Part shown: positions 8,953-16,969 of the stretch, one piece after another
How positions within the stretch are numbered: the stretch's first letter is position 1
Layout of the letters: every line of letters starts with the position of its first letter
Origin: an uncultured Oscillospiraceae bacterium
GTDB lineage: Bacteria; Bacillota; Clostridia; Oscillospirales; Oscillospiraceae
DNA length: 43,162 nt
Assembly (NCBI GenBank): GCA_964605075.1
Contig: CAZSAX010000001.1
Span: 1 to 43,162 of the forward strand
Direction: 5' to 3'
The notes under the pieces: model-generated
What the model was told of the DNA's origin: nothing
Seen by the model: the letters and a program-made list of their open reading frames with translations, nothing else
The model's database searches: none
Translations under genes and position numbers: made by a program

Positions 8953-9876
8953 ATGGAACATACTATATCATCAATGATTATAAAAGAAGGCATGACAGGG
9001 AGGAATGTCACATTTCTTCTTGCCGGACACGAAGCCTATTCTCCCACAAGTCACAAGATGATGCAGGGTATGCTCGGTGCCGGGCTCCTCTCATGTTCTG
9101 TTTATAAATACAACGGCAGACCTAAAATTATGTATTTTACAGGAAGTAAAAAAGCGCTGTCTGCGTTGGGACTATTAGAGGGTCAGCGGGTTTTAACAAT
9201 TGCCAAAAGTCTCGTGAATGTGGCGGAGCAACTTTATTCAGCGGATTTTCTGAACCTTGAGAACGTAGTAATAAGTGCAGAGCGTGTCTTTGTGGACGTG
9301 GAGTCGGAAGCATGTTACTTCATGTTCCTGCCTTTAAATAACGGAGGTTTGGGACTGGGAAGAGATCGCTTTGAGGCTCAAACAATGAACCTTCTCAGAA
9401 GCTTTGTTATGCGCTATTCGGCAGATGGTAATCCAAAGCTGCAGGAGTTGATTGGGTTCTTGTCCGGTGGAGTGGCCAGCATTCGTCAGGTTAAGCAGTT
9501 GCTTTCATCTGTGGAAAGGCAGGCAACAACCACCTACGTAAAGCTGGGAGACTCGGGTGCTCTTACGGGAAGCCACGGGCTTCATCTTGTAGGTCATGGT
9601 ACACCGGTAGCTGTTGATATCGCAATTACCAAGCCGGAATTTATATTCGGGAAAAGTGTAAACGGTGTCGATGGTACGATCTCGTTTAATAATGCAATCA
9701 GTCGTGTTCACTGTAAAGTAACTCAAAGCGGTGGAAAGACCTATCTTGCCGATTTGGGCAGTTCTAACGGAACCTATGTGAACGGTAAGAAACTGGCCGA
9801 TGGTCAGCTCGTGCAGATTCGGCCAGGAGATCGAATTCGGCTGGCAAACAGCGATTTTGAACTGCGGGAGGGATAA
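8953..9876 (+). CDS. Soluble FHA-domain protein with an uncharacterised roughly 200-aa N-terminal domain
   Basis: AGGAGA at 8937-8942, then ATG 8953 (an alternative TTG lies at 8947). C-terminal FHA domain: FIFGKSVNGVDGTISFNNAISRVHCKVTQSGGKTYLADLGSSNGTYVNGKKL..GDRIRLANSDFELR. No TM helix. The N-domain resembles the DUF6382-type region found on clostridial FHA proteins; that call is from memory and not verified. Confidence 0.75.
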   Translation: MEHTISSMIIKEGMTGRNVTFLLAGHEAYSPTSHKMMQGMLGAGLLSCSVYKYNGRPKIMYFTGSKKALSALGLLEGQRVLTIAKSLVNVAEQLYSADFLNLENVVISAERVFVDVESEACYFMFLPLNNGGLGLGRDRFEAQTMNLLRSFVMRYSADGNPKLQELIGFLSGGVASIRQVKQLLSSVERQATTTYVKLGDSGALTGSHGLHLVGHGTPVAVDIAITKPEFIFGKSVNGVDGTISFNNAISRVHCKVTQSGGKTYLADLGSSNGTYVNGKKLADGQLVQIRPGDRIRLANSDFELREG

Positions 9877-9878
9877 TC

Positions 9879-10907
9879 ATGGCAAAACCTTTGTTTGTTC
9901 TGGCAGACACAAATCCCGAATACATATCCCCCCTGGAGGCAAAACTGCTGGAAACATTCCGAGACAGCATTGATTTGGAAGTAATTGATGACCCTGGCTA
10001 CATCGACGAGTTTGCAGCGACGGCCCGTCGTATCGATGTTCTGATTGTGGCGGATAGGCTGTATAATGCGTTCCTTCGTCAAAACGATATTGGTGTTGTG
10101 TATAAGCTCACCGAGGATGCATCCGAAGAAAACCTCCAAGGTTCCGCAGTCCGCGTTGTATATAAATATGCCCATATTCAAAAAGTTTTCGGCGAGATTG
10201 AATACGGTGCGCGACAGTTTGTTCAAACGACCCGTGTGCATGCGCAGAAGACGAGGATTGTTTTGGTCTACTCTGCGGCCGGTGGGATCGGCAAAACCAC
10301 GATTGCTTTAGGTCTCAGTGCCAACTTGGCAAACAACCATAAGCGGGTTCTCTATTTGGATGCAGAGAATATCCAGGATTTTGGTTATTACCTCCAAGAC
10401 AAAAGTTCTCTGGCATCTGCGGCCAATGGCGTTCTCGGTTCTCCTGGCAGTGATTTATATAGTGGGCTAAAGCCCTATATAAAGAACGAAGGGTTTGATT
10501 ACCTCCCGCCCTTGCGCATGGCGGCGTCTGCCATGGGAATTGATTGTTCGGTGTATGGGCGAGTGGCCAAGGAGTTTCAGAAGCATGTGGATTATGACTA
10601 CATCATTATGGATACGGACTCAGTATTCGATTCCAACAAGGATGAATTGATGCAACTTGCAGACAAAGTCATTTTGCTTACAGGGGCCAGCGAGTTTGCT
10701 CGATACAAGTCTGCGCTCTTGATGAATAATTTCGCAGCTGCCGACAGCGGAAAGTTTTTGGTGGTATGCAATCATGGATATGACGGCATGAACAGCGACA
10801 GCACAGCAACCACCAGCGATGCTTCTGTTGGCAATATGGCAGGGCCGATTACCTTTGCATCCATGCAGAAGAATCGGGATATGGAGAAACTCTCTTACCT
10901 TATCTAA
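9879..10907 (+). CDS. TadZ/CpaE-like protein: N-terminal receiver-like domain plus MinD/ParA-family P-loop ATPase
   Basis: Starts 3 nt after the previous stop, with RBS GGGAGGGA. Residues 1-110 alternate beta/alpha like a CheY fold (LFVLADTN..IDVLIVADRL). Deviant Walker A VLVYSAAGGIGKTTIALGLSANLA (about 10273-10302). LYLDAE and YDYIIMDTDS resemble the A' and B boxes. Confidence 0.75.
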   Translation: MAKPLFVLADTNPEYISPLEAKLLETFRDSIDLEVIDDPGYIDEFAATARRIDVLIVADRLYNAFLRQNDIGVVYKLTEDASEENLQGSAVRVVYKYAHIQKVFGEIEYGARQFVQTTRVHAQKTRIVLVYSAAGGIGKTTIALGLSANLANNHKRVLYLDAENIQDFGYYLQDKSSLASAANGVLGSPGSDLYSGLKPYIKNEGFDYLPPLRMAASAMGIDCSVYGRVAKEFQKHVDYDYIIMDTDSVFDSNKDELMQLADKVILLTGASEFARYKSALLMNNFAAADSGKFLVVCNHGYDGMNSDSTATTSDASVGNMAGPITFASMQKNRDMEKLSYLI

Positions 10908-10921
10908 AGCGGGGAAACGAA

Positions 10922-11170
10922 ATGGCAGATAAAGCAATTATTATGTTTTGTGCAAATGGGAACCAGCGCGTCGACCTTGAAGTGCCGTTGAACATAACGG
11001 CTATTGAGCTTATCCAGGCACTGAATTCCGCATATTCTTTGGGTGTTTCTCAGGATAACTTGGCGGAAAGCTATCTCAAATGTGAGAATCCTATTGCTTT
11101 GTTGCGCGGGAACAAGACGCTTGAAGAGATGGGGATTCACAACGGAAGCAAAATAAGCTTTGAGAAGTAA
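10922..11170 (+). CDS. esaB: YukD/EsaB-family ubiquitin-like T7SS protein
   Basis: 82 aa. The beta-grasp-like pattern is RVDLEVPLNITAIELIQAL...GNKTLEEMGIHNGSKISFEK. It sits immediately upstream of essC, as in T7SSb loci. Confidence 0.75.
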   Translation: MADKAIIMFCANGNQRVDLEVPLNITAIELIQALNSAYSLGVSQDNLAESYLKCENPIALLRGNKTLEEMGIHNGSKISFEK

Positions 11171-11181
11171 GGAAATGAACC

Positions 11182-14100
11182 ATGGGAAAGAAATATAAGA
11201 TCGTAATATCCAGTGGGAACATCCATCGTGAGGCTGAACTGCCGGATGATGATATTTCAATCCGTGTGGGAACAACCGTGCGCTGCGATATTCGCATTGC
11301 GCTGCTTGCTACCAAGGAACCGGTGGAATTGGTAATGAGCCGACTGGACGGCGCTTGGTCTGTCGAATGCCCGGAGGGCCTATATTTTACCGATGGCGGT
11401 GTTCGCAAGCAGATTCGAAAGCAACTGGATCACGGTGACAAAGTTTTCGTCTTCCTGCAGTCGCAGGCCAAAAGCATTTGCACCATCGACTTTATGCTGG
11501 ACTTTGATAGTCGAGCCAAAAAGTACGACCGGATGATTGACATTCGCAACGTAAACAATCTGGTCATTGGCGGTCATCCTACGGCGGCCATCTATATTGA
11601 AGACCCATTGCTGGAAACCGATTTTATTACCATTGCAAAAAGACAGGGAAAGCTTTATCTTGCCGACTTCAATGCTCGGTATGGAGCCTACATCAATGGT
11701 GTCCGGGTTGATGGAGAGAAGGAACTGACAGATACGGATTTCTTTTCCGTTGTTAGCTACAGCTTCTATTACAAAGATGGCTTCCTTTATACGGATTCGA
11801 AAAACGGAATACGCATTAACGGCCTTCGCTCTTCTTTTGACAGCCTACATTCGGACAATATGGAGTATCCCAAGTTTGTCCGCAATGTGCGCAAGAAAAT
11901 CATTTTGTCAAAAGAGCCGATCGTGATTCTGGATCCCGAACAAAAGCCCCAGAAGCCTAAAAATAACATTTTTATGCAGCTTTTGCCGGCGGTGGGTTCG
12001 TTGATTTTGGTGGTGCTTTTACGTGGAGTGATGGGGGGCGGAGGTAGCTTTGTAATCTTCAGCGCCTGCTCCATGGCATTGGGAATGGTTACTACGGTCA
12101 TTTCCTTTATCACGGGAAACAAAGACTACAAGAAGGAAGTTGAAAAGCGCGAAAAAGATTATGCTGCGTATATTGCCGGAAAGCGGAAGGAAATTGAAGC
12201 AGTCAGGAAAACCGAGGCCCTGCAGTTATCGCAAATATACATTCCGGTTCAGCAACAACTCAAGCGGGTCCGTGAATTTAGCGGAGACCTCTTTGACCGG
12301 CAACGTGAGGATGATGACTTCCTTTGCATCCGTCTAGGCGAAGGCAGGCAGGAGGCTAAGCGGCCGATCAAGATTACTGTAAAAGAGACCATTACCGCAG
12401 CAGATGAACTGGCTAAAATCCCTCAGACCATCGCCCAAAACTACAAATATATCCCTAACGCGCCTGTTTTTATTGATTTAAAAGCAGATAACGCTATCGG
12501 CGTTGTCGGCGATGATGTGCGCCAGCGGGAAATGCTGAAGATCATGACGCTGGATATCAGTGTGCGGCATTATCACAACGACGTGAAGCTGATGTACATC
12601 CTGGGCAATGATGTCCATGAAATACAGTGGCTGCGCTGGCTGCCCCATGTCAGCAATGAGGCGATGGGCGTTCGCAATATCGTTTGCGATGACGAAAGCA
12701 AAAATGCCCTTTTTGAGTTCCTGTATGTTGAACTCACCTCCCGCGAGCAGCAGAAAAGAAACAGTCCCCACTATGTTGTGTTCGTCCTGGATGATCACGG
12801 GATGAAACGGCATCCGATTTCGGAATACATCAGCAAGGCAAAAAGTCTTGGCTTTACTTTCGTTTTCTTTGAGGTGCGGCAGGAACTGTTGCCGCAGGGG
12901 GTGGATGAGGTCGTATCGCTGGAGCGAGGCAGCAACCGAGCAACAGTGGTAACGGTTGCGAATCTGAACAATACCAGAAGCTTTTCCTACAGCGTTATTA
13001 AAAACGAGGATATGGAGAAGGTCGCCCTGACGCTTTCACCTGTATACAGCGAAGAGGTCAGTCTGGAAAATACCCTGACCAAGAGCATAACACTATTTGA
13101 AATGCTGGGAATTCTCTCTCCGGAAGACATTGACCTGAACGGCAACTGGAGCCGTGCGGCGGTACATCACTCGCTTGCGGTGCCCATCGGCGTGAAGGCC
13201 AACAATGAAACCGTGTATCTCGACATCCGCAAGCATGGTCCCCACGGCCTGGTTGCGGGTACGACGGGTGCCGGTAAGAGTGAGCTTCTGCAGAGCTATA
13301 TTATTTCTGCGTCCATCCTATTCCATCCTTATGAAGTGAGTTTTGTTATCATCGACTTCAAAGGCGGCGGCATGGTCAACCAGCTTCGGGAACTGCCTCA
13401 TCTGATCGGCGCTATTACCAATATTGACGGCAGGGAAATTGATCGGTCGCTGAAATCCATCAAGGCAGAATTGATGAAGAGACAGCGGCTGTTTGCTGAG
13501 ATGGAAGTGTCGAAGATCGGCGATTATATCCGCAAGTACAAAAGTGGCGAAGCATCTGTTCCACTGCCGCATCTGGTGATTATTGTGGACGAGTTTGCTG
13601 AGCTGAAAGCGGAGCAGCCGGAGTTTATGAAAGAGCTTATCAGCGCAGCCCGCATTGGTCGAAGCCTTGGTGTACACCTGATCCTGGCCACGCAGAAGCC
13701 GGCCGGCCAGGTGAATGAGCAGATTTGGTCCAACTCAAATTTCAAAATGTGTTTGCGCGTGGCATCGCCCCAGGACTCCAACGAAGTTCTGAAGTCCCCC
13801 TTGGCGGCGGAAATCCGCGAACCGGGCCGGGCCTATCTGCAGGTGGGAAACAACGAAATTTTTGACCTTTTCCAGTCGGCATATAGCGGCGGCCCCTCTA
13901 GTGTGGATGCGGGAGAAAAGCAGAAGACTTTCAGCGTGGCTGAGGTTTCGCTTTTCGGGAAAAGAAGCATCATTTTTCAGAGAAAACCGACGGCCCAAAG
14001 TGAAGGTAACTTCACACAGCTGGAGGCTGTGGTAAATTATGTGGCCGATTTCTGCCAGAAACAAAATATTTCTAAGCTTCCAGATATCTGCCTTCCGTCT

Positions 14101-15705
14101 CTGCCTGCGGTGCTGCCATATAAGGATGAGCAGAAGGTAAACAAAACCGAGACCTTCGTTACAATCGGGTTGTACGACGATCCGGATAACCAGCTTCAGG
14201 CCCCTGTGCGGCTTAATCTTACTAGTGGCAATGTCTTTATCGTTGGCTCGTCTCAGAGTGGCAAGACAAACCTCCTGCAAACCATCATCCGCGGCCTAGT
14301 GGAAAACTATTCGCCGGACGAACTGACACTGTATGTCGTGGACTTCAGCTCCATGATCCTGAAAAACTTCGAACATATGAAGCATGTGGGCGGCGTGGTT
14401 ACCCGTGCAGAAGATGAGGCGCTCAAAAATCTGTTCAAGCTGATGATTGCAGAGATCGCCAGTCGAAAGGATAAATTGCTGAAGGTTGGTGTGAGTTCCT
14501 ATGCGTCCTACCGAGAGGCTGGCTTGATGGACATTCCTCAAATTGTGTTGGCGATCGATAATATGACCGCACTGAAGGAAATGCTTGGGCAGGACGAAGA
14601 GGTTTTGCGGATGTTGTGCCAGGAGGGTACGACTGTTGGTATAAGTGTGGTTGCGGCCAACACACAAACGACAGGTTTCGGTTATAAATACCTTGCCTAT
14701 TTCCCGAGTCGGATTGCATTGTTTTGCAACGACAGTGCTGAATACAGCACTGTGTTTGATTATTGCCGAATGCGTCCCTTGAATACTCCGGGACGCGGGC
14801 TTGTTCAAATCAACAAATCGATTTATGAGGCGCAGGTTTATCTGGCTTTTGAAGGCGAAAAAGAGATTGAGCGAGTGCGAGAGGTTCGAAACTTTGCAGA
14901 GCGCATTAATCAAAAGTATGTGGGCCAGGGGCGTGCGACTAAAATCCCAGTGATCCCTAAGGTGCTTACCGATGATATTATGAACCGGCAGATCGAATCT
15001 CTCGGGTCATATCAAATTGGCCTTGGTTTGGATTACGCAACGGTTGAACCGGTAGTTTTGAATCTTGCGGAATTGGGGCTGCTGGGTATTTCAGGACGAA
15101 AAAGAATGGGGCGGAGCAACTTTATCCGCCATATGCTGGCAGAACTTGAAAGAAACTGTACAGTGGCTCCTGTGTCTGTACATATCGTGGACGGGATGGA
15201 TAAAAAGTTTGCGTCCCTGGAGCGGCTGAGTATCGTTGAAGAGTATACATTGATTCCCGAAACTGTCCTTGAAACGATAGCCCAGTGGGACAGTATCCTA
15301 CAGCAGCGTTATGAGATGCTCCTCTCCGGTGATGCAGACAACATGGAACAGCAGCCTCTGCTACTACTGATTATCCGAAACAACGATGTGGCATCCATCA
15401 TCAGCTCCAACAGCGAGGCACTTGCGAGATACAAGAATTTCCTTGGGAAATACAAAGCGCTGAAAGTGTGTGTGATTTTTGCAGACATGGACAATGTGAG
15501 CATTCCCTTTAATGCGCCGGAGGCGGTTAAACCATTGCGGGAGAGCCATCATTTCCTGTTCTTCGACAATCTGGCTTCGATGAAGCTGTTTGATGCGCCT
15601 ATTGCGGCCATCCGCCAGTTCAAGAAGGACATTGAGCCGGGGGATTGCTATTACACCCGGGAAAATGTGGTACGAAAAATCAAAACCGTGCTGTATGAAC
15701 AGTGA
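11182..15705 (+). CDS. essC: EssC/YukB-type T7SS FtsK/SpoIIIE ATPase (two N-terminal FHA-like domains, 2 TM helices, three P-loop domains)
   Basis: 1507 aa. FHA-like LVIGGHPTAAIYIEDPLLETDFITIAKRQGKLYLADFNARYGAYINGVRV. TM region IFMQLLPAVGSLILVVLL..FVIFSACSMALGMVTTVISFI. D1 Walker A GTTGAGKSELLQS (about 13258) with IIVDEFAEL. D2 GSSQSGKTNLLQT (about 14245) with LAIDN. D3 has a degenerate loop, GISGRKRMGRSN (about 15085). Confidence 0.95.
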   Translation: MGKKYKIVISSGNIHREAELPDDDISIRVGTTVRCDIRIALLATKEPVELVMSRLDGAWSVECPEGLYFTDGGVRKQIRKQLDHGDKVFVFLQSQAKSICTIDFMLDFDSRAKKYDRMIDIRNVNNLVIGGHPTAAIYIEDPLLETDFITIAKRQGKLYLADFNARYGAYINGVRVDGEKELTDTDFFSVVSYSFYYKDGFLYTDSKNGIRINGLRSSFDSLHSDNMEYPKFVRNVRKKIILSKEPIVILDPEQKPQKPKNNIFMQLLPAVGSLILVVLLRGVMGGGGSFVIFSACSMALGMVTTVISFITGNKDYKKEVEKREKDYAAYIAGKRKEIEAVRKTEALQLSQIYIPVQQQLKRVREFSGDLFDRQREDDDFLCIRLGEGRQEAKRPIKITVKETITAADELAKIPQTIAQNYKYIPNAPVFIDLKADNAIGVVGDDVRQREMLKIMTLDISVRHYHNDVKLMYILGNDVHEIQWLRWLPHVSNEAMGVRNIVCDDESKNALFEFLYVELTSREQQKRNSPHYVVFVLDDHGMKRHPISEYISKAKSLGFTFVFFEVRQELLPQGVDEVVSLERGSNRATVVTVANLNNTRSFSYSVIKNEDMEKVALTLSPVYSEEVSLENTLTKSITLFEMLGILSPEDIDLNGNWSRAAVHHSLAVPIGVKANNETVYLDIRKHGPHGLVAGTTGAGKSELLQSYIISASILFHPYEVSFVIIDFKGGGMVNQLRELPHLIGAITNIDGREIDRSLKSIKAELMKRQRLFAEMEVSKIGDYIRKYKSGEASVPLPHLVIIVDEFAELKAEQPEFMKELISAARIGRSLGVHLILATQKPAGQVNEQIWSNSNFKMCLRVASPQDSNEVLKSPLAAEIREPGRAYLQVGNNEIFDLFQSAYSGGPSSVDAGEKQKTFSVAEVSLFGKRSIIFQRKPTAQSEGNFTQLEAVVNYVADFCQKQNISKLPDICLPSLPAVLPYKDEQKVNKTETFVTIGLYDDPDNQLQAPVRLNLTSGNVFIVGSSQSGKTNLLQTIIRGLVENYSPDELTLYVVDFSSMILKNFEHMKHVGGVVTRAEDEALKNLFKLMIAEIASRKDKLLKVGVSSYASYREAGLMDIPQIVLAIDNMTALKEMLGQDEEVLRMLCQEGTTVGISVVAANTQTTGFGYKYLAYFPSRIALFCNDSAEYSTVFDYCRMRPLNTPGRGLVQINKSIYEAQVYLAFEGEKEIERVREVRNFAERINQKYVGQGRATKIPVIPKVLTDDIMNRQIESLGSYQIGLGLDYATVEPVVLNLAELGLLGISGRKRMGRSNFIRHMLAELERNCTVAPVSVHIVDGMDKKFASLERLSIVEEYTLIPETVLETIAQWDSILQQRYEMLLSGDADNMEQQPLLLLIIRNNDVASIISSNSEALARYKNFLGKYKALKVCVIFADMDNVSIPFNAPEAVKPLRESHHFLFFDNLASMKLFDAPIAAIRQFKKDIEPGDCYYTRENVVRKIKTVLYEQ

Positions 15706-15767
15706 CCAACAGCGAACCGTTTTGGTAAGCTGAAAAAGTCAAATATATTTTTTGGAGGAATTCAACA

Positions 15768-16064
15768 ATGGCTGGACAAATTCTTATTGTCTACGAGGGA
15801 ATGCAGAATGCTGCGAACTATTACACTCAGTGTGCGGAACAGTTTCGTGAGCTCTGCACTGCGATCATCAATCGCAATGAACAGCTGGTGAGCAGCGAGT
15901 GGAATGGCGATGCTGCGCTTGCTTTCCAGGAAAGATTCTCTAGCGATCACGCGGACAAAATTGAGAAAGTGGCTGTGGCTCTCGATGAGATTTCTACCTT
16001 TATTACCACCTACATTGCGAATCAGCAGAGCGCTGACAGCGATCAGGCGGGCGCCATTCGCTAA
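15768..16064 (+). CDS. esxA: WXG100-family (EsxA-like) secreted protein
   Basis: 98 aa with RBS GGAGG. A central W-x-G motif (SSEWNGDAALAFQERF) sits between two predicted helices. A strong hairpin follows. Confidence 0.9.
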   Translation: MAGQILIVYEGMQNAANYYTQCAEQFRELCTAIINRNEQLVSSEWNGDAALAFQERFSSDHADKIEKVAVALDEISTFITTYIANQQSADSDQAGAIR

Positions 16065-16076
16065 TCCGGCACACAA

Positions 16077-16106
16077 GGCAAGCGGAGCACTCTTGCTCCG
16101 CTTGCC
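16077..16106 (+). terminator. Stem-loop after esxA (attenuating or terminating hairpin)
   Basis: ggcaagcggagca / tgctccgcttgcc form a 13-bp perfect stem with a 4-nt loop. The downstream T-tract is weak. Confidence 0.6.
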
Positions 16107-16220
16107 AGATATGTATTTAGAAGACAAAAGCTTACGTTTTTTCTGATTGATTTCATAAGCACCTTGTTTTTTTAGGCGTTTATGAAATCCATCAAGATTT
16201 TACAGCACAAGGGGATACAT

Positions 16221-16658
16221 ATGGACGGAATTGATAATCTGTTAAGCAGCTTAGACACTGCTATGGATAAGGTGCGGGCAGAAATCAGAGATTTCACGGA
16301 TCGCATTGAAAAAACAAAGCTTATTAAACGTCGCCTTGCGGATGTGAAAGACCGTTTTGAGGACGAGCAGGAATGGCTGCGCCGAAAAGCAAGAAATGCG
16401 GAAGACGATATGGCACGCCTGCGGCATCAGCCCCGAAAGCTCCCGGAGTTTTGTGATGAACTGTGTGAGGAATTATCTGGCCGGCAATGTTGGCAGTTGT
16501 TGGATACCTTGGAAGAGGACCAATTCTCTGTGGATAGCAAGCTGACGGAGCTTGCCAATAAAATTGCGGAACTGAACTCCAAACTGCGAGGCATGATGAA
16601 CCAGAGCTTGAACTATGCAGAACAGTTTGCGCAAAACATAAAAGATATTATTTTGTGA
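16221..16658 (+). CDS. Coiled-coil hypothetical protein (145 aa), first gene of cargo module 1
   Basis: ATG 16221 follows AAGGGGA; the ORF-track start at 16182 lacks an RBS. The sequence is highly charged and helical (RAEIRDFTDRIEKTKLIKRRLADVKDRFEDEQEWLRRK...). No TM helix or signal peptide. Confidence 0.6.
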   Translation: MDGIDNLLSSLDTAMDKVRAEIRDFTDRIEKTKLIKRRLADVKDRFEDEQEWLRRKARNAEDDMARLRHQPRKLPEFCDELCEELSGRQCWQLLDTLEEDQFSVDSKLTELANKIAELNSKLRGMMNQSLNYAEQFAQNIKDIIL

Positions 16659-16669
16659 GGTAGTCCTGT

Positions 16670-16960
16670 ATGAGCGGATCATCCCAAGAAATCATCATTT
16701 CCGATGACTATGTAGAGTCTGCCACGGCCGTGCTGATGAAATACGCAGAGGTTTATCAAAATACGGTCAATCAAATGATCCGAATCTTTGAAACTGATGT
16801 GAAGAGTGCTTTCCCTAGCGGGAAAACAGCCGAGGCACTGCAGTCGTTCAAAGAAAGTATTGATTCCCTGAAAAAAATTGGAGAATTGGGGAACAGCGCG
16901 GGGAAGGCGGTCAGCACATTTTTGTCAGACATTGATGAAATCGACGATGTCATTTATTGA
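16670..16960 (+). CDS. Small WXG100-like helical-hairpin protein with a degenerate motif (PSG), putative effector partner
   Basis: 96 aa. The central FPSGKTAEALQSF occupies the WxG position. The tail is the acidic FLSDIDEIDDVIY. It is a paralogue of the 20043-20324 protein. The effector gene starts 10 nt later. Confidence 0.65.
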   Translation: MSGSSQEIIISDDYVESATAVLMKYAEVYQNTVNQMIRIFETDVKSAFPSGKTAEALQSFKESIDSLKKIGELGNSAGKAVSTFLSDIDEIDDVIY

Positions 16961-16969
16961 GGAAAAAGA

